Notes: a model not told the origin generated them from the sequence alone. Counted from the first letter of the stretch, positions 21,733 to 30,673 are shown. The stretch is 64,000 nt of DNA from an uncultured Chloroflexia bacterium (GCA_963726055.1 CAVSAP010000001.1:259980-323979), one strand, 5' to 3'. Made by a program: numbers and translations.

Positions 21733-23016
21733 TCAGATCCCTGCCGTGAGCCGGTCCGCCAGCTCCGCGGCAAATGGAAAGACCGGGCCCTCGGCGAGGA
21801 ACTCGCCGCGAAGTGGGCGCCCTCGGTCGCCGGCCCCAGGGTCGGCATCGAACGCGTCCGTCGCCTCGCCGAGGGCGGCGGCGATTCCCTCGGCGGTCAG
21901 GGCTCTCGCCGACCGGATGTTCTCGTGCCAGGTCGACAGGTCCTTGGCGCCAAAACGGTTCGTGACGACGAGCATCCCGAGATGGGCCATCTCGAGCGGC
22001 GGGTAGCTCGGGTGGGGCGAGATCATCAGCGACACGCCGACCGCCGATTCACGCAACAAGGCTCCGTATGCGTCCAGGTCAAGCTTGCCGAGCGAGCGGA
22101 GCCGGACGCCTCCCCCGAGATCGACCGGCGGGTGCGATCGCCCGGCCGATTCGACGAGCCAGCCGGTCGCCTTCGGATCGCTTGCCACCCACGCCCGAAG
22201 GCCCTCGACGATGAGCGGGAACGCGTTCCGCGGTGTCTCGGGCCGGCCGTAGACGACGATTCGGCGCTGCCGTGCGGGCGGTGGCGCGTCGAGGAGCGGC
22301 CGCAGGGCCGCCGACAGCCGAGGCTCGAACGTGAACTCGCCGAGGAACGGGAGGCCCTGATCGACCAGATGGTCGCGGAGGAGGCTCGTGTTGAACACGG
22401 CGAGCGTCGGGACGTCGCTCGAGTAGGTGCTTCTCGCGAGCTCGGACTGGGCCGACCACGGATAGAAGCCGGGCTCCGAATCCTGGACGAGGTAGGCGAA
22501 CGGCCGGATCGGGGCGCTGAACTCGTTGCCCTGCCAGCGGGCGAAGCGGATCGCAAGTTCGGCGGTCGTCCAGAACGTCGCCAGGAACACATCGTCGGGC
22601 CCGACCGGGAGTGAGACTTCCTCGCCTCGGGGCAGTGCGACAACCTGACGGTCGTCGGTGAGATCGTCGCCCGGCTCGACGAGCCGGAAGTCCGGGAATC
22701 GAACCAGCCCTGCTTCCGATACCGCCGTGAACGTCACGATCCTGCGCCGCGGGAACGATGCGGCGAGCGCGTCGAACAGCTCGAACGCCGTACGGGCGCC
22801 ACCGAACGTGCGGCCAGGGTTCAGTGTCGGAATGAGAAGGTTCAGGCGCGCGCCTCCACGGCCGTTCGCAGCCCGCCTGGGCACGACCCGGTGGAGCTCA
22901 GGGACTCCGCCGGCGACCGGGTCGGGAACCGACGACGGCGCCGCCACCGCCCTGGACGCCGCCCGCCCCCGGCGAAGCGTCCCGGCCGCGGACACTCCGA
23001 CGCACCGCATGGCCAA
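21733..23016 (-). CDS. Glycosyltransferase, WsaF-like (rhamnosyltransferase family)
   Basis: ORF 21733..23016. [24 protein letters not shown] and the C-terminal GT-B half resemble the WsaF family. The first about 45 codons are not protein-like, so the true start is probably near 22887. Confidence 0.6.
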   Translation of the reverse strand: MAMRCVGVSAAGTLRRGRAASRAVAAPSSVPDPVAGGVPELHRVVPRRAANGRGGARLNLLIPTLNPGRTFGGARTAFELFDALAASFPRRRIVTFTAVSEAGLVRFPDFRLVEPGDDLTDDRQVVALPRGEEVSLPVGPDDVFLATFWTTAELAIRFARWQGNEFSAPIRPFAYLVQDSEPGFYPWSAQSELARSTYSSDVPTLAVFNTSLLRDHLVDQGLPFLGEFTFEPRLSAALRPLLDAPPPARQRRIVVYGRPETPRNAFPLIVEGLRAWVASDPKATGWLVESAGRSHPPVDLGGGVRLRSLGKLDLDAYGALLRESAVGVSLMISPHPSYPPLEMAHLGMLVVTNRFGAKDLSTWHENIRSARALTAEGIAAALGEATDAFDADPGAGDRGRPLRGEFLAEGPVFPFAAELADRLTAGI

Positions 23017-23116
23017 TCGCGGTCAGGCGCGCCGAGCGACGGACCAGCCGACGGACGAGGGACACGCGCCAAGTCTAGCGATCACCGCCGGAGCGCCCCG
23101 AGGCTATCCTGCCGGC

Positions 23117-24064
23117 ATGCCTCGTTCCGTGCGCCGCCGCCGCCAGCACTTGCCTCGGGTAACCGTCCTGGGCGATCTGGTGCTCGACGTGGTCGTGATG
23201 CCGGCGCGGCCGCTCGAGCGCGGAACGGACGTCCCGGGACGCGTCGCGCTGCGCCAGGGCGGCTCGGCGGCGAACACGGCCAGGTGGCTGGCGAAGCTCG
23301 GCGCGCGCTCGACCCTGGTGACCGCCATTGGTCGCGATGCGATCGGCCGGAGGCTCGTCGACGCCCTTCGCGCAGACCGGGTGACGGTCCGGGCGACCCG
23401 CGTCCCCGGCCGGGCGTCCGGCCGGATCGGCGTCGTCGTCCTGTTCGGTGGCGAACGATCATTCGTGGCCGACCGCGGCGCTGCCGACGACCTTCGGCCG
23501 GCGGACCTCAGGCCCAATTGGTTCGGCGCAGACCTGCTTCATCTGCCTGCCTATTCGCTCATCGGGTCGCCGCTCGGCGACGCCGGACGGCGCGGGATCG
23601 AGTTGGCACGCGAACGGGGCGCGCTCATCAGCCTCGACCTCGCGTCAGCGGCACCGCTCCTCGCCCGCGGCCGCCGGGCGGCCAGGCGCCTCGTCGAGGA
23701 TGCCGCACCCGACATCCTGTTCGCGACGGCGGCCGAGGCCGAGGCGTACCTCGGCGGATACGACGTCGGCGGCCTGCTTGAGTCGGCCCCGCTCGCGATC
23801 GTCAAGCGCGGCGCCGGCGGCGCGACCGTGCTTGCCCGGGACCTGGCGGGCTCCCGTCGATTCGAGGTGGCGGTCCCGTCAGTGACTGCGACCGACACGA
23901 CCGGGGCCGGCGATGCCTTCGATGCGGGCTTCATCGCCATGTTCCTGACCGCAGCCCCGGACGCACGTACGCGTCCGGCCGCCCTCCGGCGGGCTGCCGT
24001 GGCGGGCCATCGCGTCGCCGCTCGGCAGCTGGCAACCGGCTCGCCGCTCCTCGCGCTTGGCTGA
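23117..24064 (+). CDS. PfkB-family carbohydrate kinase (pseudouridine-kinase-like by context)
   Basis: ORF 22658..24064 trimmed to ATG 23117 (MPRSVRRRRQHLPRVTVLGDLVLDVV...). The PfkB signature is DTTGAGDAFDAGF. It lies directly upstream of psuG. Confidence 0.8.
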   Translation: MPRSVRRRRQHLPRVTVLGDLVLDVVVMPARPLERGTDVPGRVALRQGGSAANTARWLAKLGARSTLVTAIGRDAIGRRLVDALRADRVTVRATRVPGRASGRIGVVVLFGGERSFVADRGAADDLRPADLRPNWFGADLLHLPAYSLIGSPLGDAGRRGIELARERGALISLDLASAAPLLARGRRAARRLVEDAAPDILFATAAEAEAYLGGYDVGGLLESAPLAIVKRGAGGATVLARDLAGSRRFEVAVPSVTATDTTGAGDAFDAGFIAMFLTAAPDARTRPAALRRAAVAGHRVAARQLATGSPLLALG

Positions 24065-24106
24065 TCGAGCGCGACGAGCGACTGCCCGCACCATTAGGCT
24101 GGACCC

Positions 24107-25072
24107 ATGATCGCTGACCATCTCGACGTGAACCCGGAGGTCGCCGACGCGCTCGGTGCCGGCCGCCCCGTTGTGGCCCTCGAGTCGACGCTGATCAGCC
24201 ACGGCCTGCCCTACCCACAGAACCTCGAGGTCGCGCTCGCATCCGAGGCCGCCGTCCGCGAGGCCGATGCGGTTCCGGCGACCGTGGCGATCCGCGACGG
24301 GAGGCTCCTCGTCGGACTCGACGAGCCGTCAATCGAAGCGCTGGCGACGGCTCCGGATGGCGCCGTCCGGAAGGCGGCGCGGCCGAGCCTTGCAGCAGCG
24401 CTCGGGGCCGGCGGCTGGGCGGCGACGACGGTTTCGGCGACGATGATCGCTGCCCGAGCGGCCGGGATCGACGTCTTCGCGACGGGCGGGATCGGCGGCG
24501 TCCATCGCGGCGCCCTGGCCTCAGGAGCCGGGACGCCGTCGTTCGACATCTCGTCGGATCTGGAGGAGCTTGCCCGAACCCCGATGGCCGTGATCTGCGC
24601 CGGCCCGAAGGCGATCCTCGACGTGCCGGCGACCCTCGAGTACCTCGAGACGCGCGGCGTTTCGATCGTCGTCGTTGGCCAGGACGAAGCTGCCCGGGTT
24701 CTACGCCCGGAGCCTCGGGGTCCCGCGCGCCATCGATCGCCGTCGACATCGAGCGAGGCAGCGCGGCTGGCCGCGGCCCACCTGGGCCTCGGGCTGGGCA
24801 GCGCGATCCTCATCTGCGTGCCGGTTCCCGAGGCGGACGCCCTCCTGCCGAAGACCGCCCGAACCGCGATCGACCACGCGATCGCCGATGCCGACGCGGC
24901 GCGAATCGCCGGCCCGGCCCTCACGCCGTGGTTGTTGAGCCGGATCGCCGAACTGACATTCGGCGCCTCGGTCCGGGCGAACACTGCCCTGATCGTCAAC
25001 AACGCGCGGGTCGGCGGGATTCTCGCTGCGCGGCTGCGGACGACGAGCCAGGGCGGCGCGCCCGCCCGATGA
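24107..25072 (+). CDS. psuG: Pseudouridine-5'-phosphate glycosidase (contains a short internally out-of-frame segment, see findings)
   Basis: ORF 24107..25072. Motifs VVALESTLISHGLPYPQN, FATGGIGGVHRG and TLEYLETRGV. Confidence 0.85.
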   Translation: MIADHLDVNPEVADALGAGRPVVALESTLISHGLPYPQNLEVALASEAAVREADAVPATVAIRDGRLLVGLDEPSIEALATAPDGAVRKAARPSLAAALGAGGWAATTVSATMIAARAAGIDVFATGGIGGVHRGALASGAGTPSFDISSDLEELARTPMAVICAGPKAILDVPATLEYLETRGVSIVVVGQDEAARVLRPEPRGPARHRSPSTSSEAARLAAAHLGLGLGSAILICVPVPEADALLPKTARTAIDHAIADADAARIAGPALTPWLLSRIAELTFGASVRANTALIVNNARVGGILAARLRTTSQGGAPAR

Positions 25073-25096
25073 GGCTGCCCGGGAATCCCCCGGACG

Positions 25097-25116
25097 TCTC
25101 GCGATCTCGCGCGAGA
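25097..25116 (+). terminator. Candidate hairpin after psuG (7-bp stem TCTCGCG/CGCGAGA, 6-nt loop), followed by AATTC
   Basis: Read directly from the sequence, 25 nt after the psuG stop. There is no clear U-tract. Confidence 0.35.
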
Positions 25117-25129
25117 ATTCGCCTGTTCC

Positions 25130-25375
25130 CCCAGCGATGCCGTTGGTTGCATCACGTGGGCGACTGCATCACGTGGGCGACTGCATCACGTGGGCGCTGC
25201 ATCACGTGGGCGACGGCATCACGCGGCGACCGCATCGCGGGACGTGACTGCTGCGCCGCCGGTCCGACCAGTCCGCCCCGCCGCCCGCCCGCCGCGGAAC
25301 TCGCCCCGCCGGAACCGGGCCGCGCCGAGAACCGGGCCGTGCCCGAGGAATATGCAACCAACGGCATCGGCTGGG
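25130..25375. repeat. Long-range inverted repeat (23/24 nt arms, one 1-nt indel) enclosing about 200 nt
   Basis: The left arm is cccagcgatgccgttggttgcat (25130-25152). The right arm is atgcaaccaacggcatcggctggg (25352-25375). Weaker complementarity extends to 25121 and 25380. Confidence 0.85.
25148..25248. repeat. Tandem 16-17 nt repeat, about 6 copies, unit TGCATCACGTGGGCGAC (contains palindrome CACGTG)
   Basis: Copies start at 25148, 25165, 25182 (16 nt) and 25198. Degenerate copies follow at 25215 and 25231. Confidence 0.9.
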
Positions 25376-25513
25376 CAGGCGAGTGATTCCGCCGGTTCCG
25401 GGGCCATCGACGAGTTTGATTGATATCTCACATCGGTACGACGACGCTCTTCCCATCGACTGGGTCGCGGCGTATACTCCGCGTTCCTCTGGCAGCCTCT
25501 CTCGGGGAGTCCT

Positions 25514-26629
25514 GTGTCCGGTTCGTCCCAGCCGCTCGCCATCGACGTCCGCGCCATCCGCCGCGTCTACAACGTCAAGCCGGCGCCGGTTGTCGCCCTC
25601 CAGGGCGTCGATCTCGCCGTTGAGCCGGGCGAATTCTTCGGGTTGCTCGGTCCGAACGGTGCGGGCAAGACGACCCTCATCAAGATCCTGACGACACTCC
25701 TCCTGCCATCGAGCGGATCAGCCCACATCTTCGGTTTCGACGTCGAGCGCCAGACGAAGCAGATCCGCCGAATCATGAACATGGTCGCGGGCGGCGAGCA
25801 GTCGGGCTACGGGATCCTGACGGTCCGCGAGCAGCTCTGGATGTTCAGCCAGTTCTACGGGCTTCCGTCGAAGGACGGCTGGCGGCGGGTCGACGAGCTT
25901 GTCGAGGCCGTCGGGCTCGGGGAGCAGCGAGAGCAGCGGGTCAGCACCCTGTCGACCGGTCAGCGGCAGAAGATGAACTTCGCCCGCGGCCTCCTCAATG
26001 ACCCATGGATCTTCTTCCTTGACGAGCCGACCCTCGGGCTCGATGTGTCGGCAGCCCGCTCCGTCCGCGAGCTGGTCCTCGCCTGGAAGGCAGCGGTCCC
26101 TGGTCGGACCGTTCTCCTGACGACGCACTACATGGCCGAGGCGGATGAGCTCTGCGACCGGATCGCGATCGTCGACCATGGCCGGATCCTCGCCCTCGGC
26201 ACGCCGGATGAGCTCAAGAAGCGGGTCCAGCGCGAGTCGGTCTTCCGCCTCGAGCTCGATCGACTCGATGGCGGGACGGCCGCCCTCAGGCGGCTGCCCG
26301 GGGTACTGAGCGCAGCCGCCGCGGCCGCTCAGGACGACGGTCGCGAGCGGCAGACCGTCGAGGTCAACCTGGCCCTCGAGGACGACGCGGCGCTCGGTGG
26401 CGTCGTCGGGGCGCTGGCGGGGATTGGCTCGCACATCCTCGCCCTGCGGAAGTCGGAGCCCTCGCTCGAGGACGTCTTCGTCGAGCTGGTCGGACGTGGC
26501 TTCGACGAGGAGGCGTCCGATCCCGAGCACCCGGATCATCGGGAACCGCCGGCCCCGGACATGACACCGGATCCGCGGGACACGGCCCACGAGCCAGGCG
26601 AGCGGGAAGAGCAGGAGGCCGTCGTATGA
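25514..26629 (+). CDS. ABC transporter ATP-binding protein (ABC-2/DrrA-like) with an acidic C-terminal tail
   Basis: ORF 25514..26629. Walker A GPNGAGKTT, signature LSTGQRQKM, Walker B FFLDEPTLGLD. Confidence 0.9.
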   Translation: MSGSSQPLAIDVRAIRRVYNVKPAPVVALQGVDLAVEPGEFFGLLGPNGAGKTTLIKILTTLLLPSSGSAHIFGFDVERQTKQIRRIMNMVAGGEQSGYGILTVREQLWMFSQFYGLPSKDGWRRVDELVEAVGLGEQREQRVSTLSTGQRQKMNFARGLLNDPWIFFLDEPTLGLDVSAARSVRELVLAWKAAVPGRTVLLTTHYMAEADELCDRIAIVDHGRILALGTPDELKKRVQRESVFRLELDRLDGGTAALRRLPGVLSAAAAAAQDDGRERQTVEVNLALEDDAALGGVVGALAGIGSHILALRKSEPSLEDVFVELVGRGFDEEASDPEHPDHREPPAPDMTPDPRDTAHEPGEREEQEAVV

Positions 26630-27507
26630 GCTCGGCCTTCGTCTATCGTCCGACCGCAAGCCCTCAGGAGGCGGCGAACTGGTCGCGCCGCGAGATCCTC
26701 GCGACAGATCTGCGGTCGATCCGCGGGCGCGCGTATCCGCGGGTGACGGGGATCTTCCGCGAGAAGAGCTGGGTCTTCTTCGAGATCCTCCTGCCGTTCC
26801 TTGCGACGTCGGCCTTCGTCTTCGTCTACCGGGCGCTTCAGGCGCCACCGGAGTACATCGGTTTCGTCGTGCTCGGCGGAGCGATGACGGCCTTCTGGCT
26901 CAACGTGATCTGGATGATGGCCCAGCAGCTCTGGTGGGAGAAGAGTCAGGGCAACCTCGAGCTCTACTTCGCGGCCCCGATGAACATCATGTCGGTGCTC
27001 CTCGGGATGGCCGTCGGTGGGTTCGTCATGAGCTCGACCCGGGCCGCCGCCGTGTTGATCGTCGCGACGACGCTCTACGGCGTGTCCTTTGCCGTCGAAC
27101 AATGGTTCCTCCTGATCGCGGTCTTCTTTCTCACCCTGGCCGCGCTCTACGGCCTCGGCATGGTCCTCGCCAGCCTCTTCCTCATGTGGGGCCGCGAGGC
27201 CTGGCACCTCACCCAGCTCCTCATCGAGCCGGTCTACTTCGTGTCAGGCCTGAACTTCCCGATCGCTCGATTGGGGCTGCTTGGTTCGGTCGCGATCGCA
27301 GTGCTGCCACTCGCCGTCGGGCTCGACGCAATGCGCCAGCTCGCCTTCGCGGATGCCGCCTACCCGCTCGGGACCCCAAGTCCCGAGGTCGAGGCGCTCA
27401 TCCTCGTCGCCATGACGGTCGTCTTCCTGCTCCTGGCCCGCTGGACGCTTCGGGTGCTCGAGCGCCTCGCTCGCAAGGAGGGCAGGCTCTCGGTGCGCTG
27501 GCAATGA
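26626..27507 (+). CDS. ABC-2 type transporter permease
   Basis: ORF 26626..27507. It has 6 TM helices and an ATGA overlap with the ATPase gene. Confidence 0.8.
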   Translation: MSSAFVYRPTASPQEAANWSRREILATDLRSIRGRAYPRVTGIFREKSWVFFEILLPFLATSAFVFVYRALQAPPEYIGFVVLGGAMTAFWLNVIWMMAQQLWWEKSQGNLELYFAAPMNIMSVLLGMAVGGFVMSSTRAAAVLIVATTLYGVSFAVEQWFLLIAVFFLTLAALYGLGMVLASLFLMWGREAWHLTQLLIEPVYFVSGLNFPIARLGLLGSVAIAVLPLAVGLDAMRQLAFADAAYPLGTPSPEVEALILVAMTVVFLLLARWTLRVLERLARKEGRLSVRWQ

Positions 27508-28463
27508 CCGGGGCGGAGACGCCGATCGACGGCCTGGGAGCTCCAGCCTGGGGCGGCTTCGACCCGGCCCGAACGGCCGGACGGGGGGCGACGGACATCG
27601 CCCGCAGCTTCGCCGTGTCCGCCCGGCTCGGCTGGCAGATGGAGGCGAACTGGACGGATCCTCTCCTGTTCTTCATCTACTCGGTCGCCAAGCCCGTGGC
27701 CTCCGCTCTCATCCTGGTCCTGATGCTCGAGGTCATCGGCACCGGCAGCCGGCCGGAGTTCCGGGCGTTCGTCGTCATCGGCAGCGCGCTGTGGTCGTTC
27801 GTCATCTCCGGCATCTCCGGTCTCGCCTGGGGCGTCCTCGACGACCGGGAGCGCTACCGGATGCTCAAGTACGTCTACGTGAGTCCGAGCGACTTCCTCG
27901 TCGTCCTCCTCGGTCGCGGGATCGCCCGGATCGCGGTCGGCGGGATGGGCGCCGCGATCACGCTCGCGATCGGTGTCGTCGCCCTCGGCGTCCCGTTCGA
28001 CCCGGCCCTGATCAATTGGCCGCTCCTCGTCGTCGTCATGGCGCTCGGACTCGGCGCGATCGTCGCGATCGGCATCCTCCTCGCAGCGATCTGCCTCCAG
28101 ACGCGCCAGGAGGCGTGGTCCTATCCGGAAGCCGTTGCGGGAGCCCTGTTCCTCGTCAGCGGCGCGGTCTTCCCGCTGGCGGTCCTGCCCATGCCCCTCC
28201 AGGTCGTCGGGCTTCTCTCGCCTCTCAGCTGGTGGGTCGAGGGCACGCGGCAGGCACTCTTCCCGGGTGGAATCTCTTCGATCGGCGGGGAGGGCTCCTT
28301 CTACGCCTCCGTTGCGTCCACGCCCACGCCGAGCGGGATCGAGATCGTCCTCGCCTTGCTGGCGACCGGCACGGTGGCTACACTCGTGGCCGTCGCTGTC
28401 TTCCGGGCCAGCGATCGCCGAGCGAAGGATCGCGGGCTGCTGGACCAGACGACCGGCTCCTGA
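27504..28463 (+). CDS. ABC-2 type transporter permease (second subunit)
   Basis: ORF 26934..28463 trimmed to ATG 27504 (MTGAETPIDGLGAP...), with an ATGA overlap with the preceding permease. The protein is multi-TM. Confidence 0.8.
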   Translation: MTGAETPIDGLGAPAWGGFDPARTAGRGATDIARSFAVSARLGWQMEANWTDPLLFFIYSVAKPVASALILVLMLEVIGTGSRPEFRAFVVIGSALWSFVISGISGLAWGVLDDRERYRMLKYVYVSPSDFLVVLLGRGIARIAVGGMGAAITLAIGVVALGVPFDPALINWPLLVVVMALGLGAIVAIGILLAAICLQTRQEAWSYPEAVAGALFLVSGAVFPLAVLPMPLQVVGLLSPLSWWVEGTRQALFPGGISSIGGEGSFYASVASTPTPSGIEIVLALLATGTVATLVAVAVFRASDRRAKDRGLLDQTTGS

Positions 28464-28508
28464 GCCGGGCGAGCCGATAGCTTCGACCGGCGCACAGTAG
28501 GAGAGCCG

Positions 28509-29045
28509 ATGCGGATCTACGAGGGAAGCCCTCGCCAGGACTTCGAAGAGGTCTTCCGGTCGATCGGCGCGTTCATCGACCAGCGTGGGATGCACGAAGT
28601 CCTCCTCGTCGAGGCGCCAGACGGCTTCATCGTCCAGGGAATCGTCGTCGCCGGCGCGGCGGGCGGCACCTGGTCCGAATCGATCGGCACGCAGACGAAG
28701 GAGACGCTCACGTTCCTCGACGACGACATCGCGCGGTTCATGGAGGAGTCGATCGCGCGACGCGGCCGTCCGGAGCCCGAGCCCGAGCGAGATGCCGGCG
28801 ACTACGAGACCGCCTTCCGGGTGCTCGGCCGCTACATGGACGAGCAGAAGCCCCGCGACGTGTTCTTCTTCGAGCAGGATGGCGCCTTCGTCGTCAGGCT
28901 GCTGATGCCCGGCCAGGTGGGCGGCAAGCACGTCCTCGCCGAATTCACCAGCGACGACATCGCGGAGATGGTTGCCCGCGGCCCTGGTCTGCGTCAGCCG
29001 GATCGGGCATCGACGCCCGGCGCCAAGGCGGCGTCGAGCCCCTAG
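28509..29045 (+). CDS. Hypothetical protein built from two tandem copies of an about 75-aa domain
   Basis: ORF 28509..29045 with SD GGAGAG upstream. The halves align: DFEEVFRSIGAFIDQRGMHEVLLVEAPDGFIVQGIV...TLTFLDDDIARFMEESIARRG versus DYETAFRVLGRYMDEQKPRDVFFFEQDGAFVVRLLM...LAEFTSDDIAEMVARGPGLR. Confidence 0.6.
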   Translation: MRIYEGSPRQDFEEVFRSIGAFIDQRGMHEVLLVEAPDGFIVQGIVVAGAAGGTWSESIGTQTKETLTFLDDDIARFMEESIARRGRPEPEPERDAGDYETAFRVLGRYMDEQKPRDVFFFEQDGAFVVRLLMPGQVGGKHVLAEFTSDDIAEMVARGPGLRQPDRASTPGAKAASSP

Positions 29046-29093
29046 AGTCCAACGCCCGTCTATCCACACTCACCCGTACAGGAGGTTGATCTC

Positions 29094-29249
29094 ATGAAGG
29101 CTCTCAAGACCGTCGCGGTGGCCCTCGGCATCACGCTTGCCGCGCTCATCGTCATCCCGCTCGTCGTGCTGGCCGGACTGTTCGTCTGGCTGAAGCTCAC
29201 CGAGGAGGCCGACGAGGAGATCCTCGAGCTCGATCGAGAAGGCGCCTAA
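29094..29249 (+). CDS. Small (51 aa) single-pass membrane protein with an acidic tail
   Basis: Below the ORF-track size cutoff. AGGAGG at 29080-29085 lies 8 nt before ATG 29094. Translation: MKALKTVAVALGITLAALIVIPLVVLAGLFVWLKLTEEADEEILELDREGA, then TAA. Confidence 0.6.
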   Translation: MKALKTVAVALGITLAALIVIPLVVLAGLFVWLKLTEEADEEILELDREGA

Positions 29250-29342
29250 ATCGACAGCGAATCCTCGGGCGGATGGCGTCGCGGAGCTTCGCCTCCGCCC
29301 TCGGAGATCGAGAGCCGGTTCCCAACTGAGGGTGCCGGCTCT

Positions 29343-30308
29343 TTGATGTCCGCGGCCACGCCACCGCAAGCGACGCCCGTCGCGAAAGCGACGGGCGTTT
29401 CTGCGACCCCGTCGGAGAGACGACTCGCGGAGATCGGCGTCCTTGCGGTCATGGTCGTGTGGGCCGGCAACTTCATCGTCGTCAAGTCGGCTCTGGCGGT
29501 CCTGCCGCCGGTCGGGTTCACGTTTCTCAGGTTCGTCCTCGCATCGATCACGTTGCTCGTCCTCCTTCGATGGCGCGAGGGGAGCATCGGCTTGCCGCGG
29601 CGCGACCTGGCTGAGGTCCTCGCCCTCGGCGCGCTCGGATTCGGGGCGTACCAGATCCTGTGGACAACGGGGCTGACGACGGTCGCGGCCGGCGACTCGG
29701 CGCTGATCATTGCGGCGACCCCCGTCCTCGTCGCGTTGCTGGCCGTCGTCGCCCGCTCCGACGTCCTTACGCCGGCGAAGCTGGCGGGCGTCCTCATCTC
29801 GTTCGTCGGCGTGGCGATCGTCATCGCGTCGGGGCCCGGCCTGTCGCTCGGCGGATCGCTTGCCGGCGAGGCGATCACGTTCGCGGCCGCCATCTGCTGG
29901 GCGATCTACACGGCCTTCGGTGCGCCGTTCCTCCGGCGGCACTCACCGCTCCGAGCGTCAGCCTGGGCGACCGTCGCCGGGACCGCGGTGCTCGCGCCCA
30001 TCGCCTTGCTCCAGCTCGCCGACGTCGACCGATCGGCGTTCAGCTGGGAGATCGTCGGGGCGCTCCTGTATTCGGGTTTCCTGGCTGCTGGCGTCGCCAA
30101 CGTCATCGTGCTCAACGGCATCAAGGTTGTCGGGCCGACCCGGGCGGCAGCGCTCCAGTTCCTCGTTCCCGCGCTCGCTGTCCTGCTCGCGGCGTTGCTC
30201 CTTAGCGAGCCGATTCGCCTTGGGCAGGTGATCGGCGGCCTCGTGATCGTCGGTGGCGTACTGCTCACCCGTCGCGGTCGCCTGTCGTTCGGAGTCAGCC
30301 GGGGCTGA
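29343..30308 (+). CDS. EamA/DMT family transporter
   Basis: ORF 29343..30308. It has 10 TM helices with a duplicated EamA pattern (VVWAGNFIVVKSAL..., FAAAICWAIYTAFG...). Confidence 0.85.
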   Translation: MMSAATPPQATPVAKATGVSATPSERRLAEIGVLAVMVVWAGNFIVVKSALAVLPPVGFTFLRFVLASITLLVLLRWREGSIGLPRRDLAEVLALGALGFGAYQILWTTGLTTVAAGDSALIIAATPVLVALLAVVARSDVLTPAKLAGVLISFVGVAIVIASGPGLSLGGSLAGEAITFAAAICWAIYTAFGAPFLRRHSPLRASAWATVAGTAVLAPIALLQLADVDRSAFSWEIVGALLYSGFLAAGVANVIVLNGIKVVGPTRAAALQFLVPALAVLLAALLLSEPIRLGQVIGGLVIVGGVLLTRRGRLSFGVSRG

Positions 30309-30396
30309 TTCGCCAACCTTGACACCTACTCGGCCGTCATCGTATTGCGTGAGGTGTGGCGCGGCGGCCAGCCTCGAGTCAACCCTCGTGCCAATT

Positions 30397-30544
30397 ACCA
30401 CCGCGGGTGGTGGACGTCGCTCTCCTCGCGGCTGGAGGCCGCGGTCAGGGTCGAATCGCGCCCATTTGAACGCCATTCACCACTGGGGGTGGTGGCAGGG
30501 ATCAACCCGCCTGCCGGGGTCCGACACTCACTACGCGGGGTGGT
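30397..30544. repeat. Three copies of a hairpin motif CCAwTyACCAC-N3-5-GGTGGTGG
   Basis: The copies are accaccgcgggtggt (30397-30411), caccactgggggtggtg (30478-30494) and actacgcggggtggt (30530-30544, one G-U pair). Confidence 0.75.
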
Positions 30545-30552
30545 ATGTGGCG

Positions 30553-30576
30553 CGGCGTGCTAAGCGGCGTGCTAAG
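30553..30576. repeat. Perfect tandem 12-mer CGGCGTGCTAAG x2
   Basis: Read directly from the sequence. Confidence 0.9.
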
Positions 30577-30634
30577 AGCCGGGTGTATCGCGGCCGGATA
30601 CGCCCCGCTCCGCTGACGGCGGGAACCTCCCGCG

Positions 30635-30673
30635 ATCTGCTGGCCGATCTACACGGCCCTCGGTGCGCCGTTC
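30635..30673 (+). repeat. 39-nt copy (37/39 identical) of an internal eamA segment (29892-29930)
   Basis: atctgctggccgatctacacggccctcggtgcgccgttc versus atctgctgggcgatctacacggccttcggtgcgccgttc. Confidence 0.85.

Noticed and set aside
25148-25248. A CRISPR-array interpretation of the 17-nt tandem repeats, and of the 51-nt periodic array at 36160-36345.
   Set aside because: The 17-nt units are contiguous with no spacers. In the 51-nt array only about 15 nt per unit is conserved. The units are far more degenerate than CRISPR repeats, and no cas genes are present.
27360-29069. A 569-aa minus-strand ORF, and similar long antisense ORFs at 8512..9792, 19959..21848, 55442..57178, 14900..15754, 17291..18235, 43497..44777 and 48213..49646.
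   Set aside because: All lie opposite well-supported genes (ABC permease, FMO, tkt, rho, zwf, pgi, SBP, oxidoreductase). All have Arg/Asp/Gly/Pro-rich low-complexity translations.
29070-29942. A 290-aa minus-strand ORF rich in R, D and E.
   Set aside because: It is extremely charged and of low complexity. It overlaps the well-supported EamA gene and the SD-preceded 51-codon ORF on the plus strand.
30443-30463. tRNA-like T-arm strings: ggtcagggtcgaatcgcgccc here and ggcggttcgactcccc at 58844-58859.
   Set aside because: No 5-bp T-stem can be formed around the TTCGA-like loops. No acceptor, D or anticodon arms could be built from the flanks. The most they could be is decayed tRNA 3' remnants, which I cannot support.
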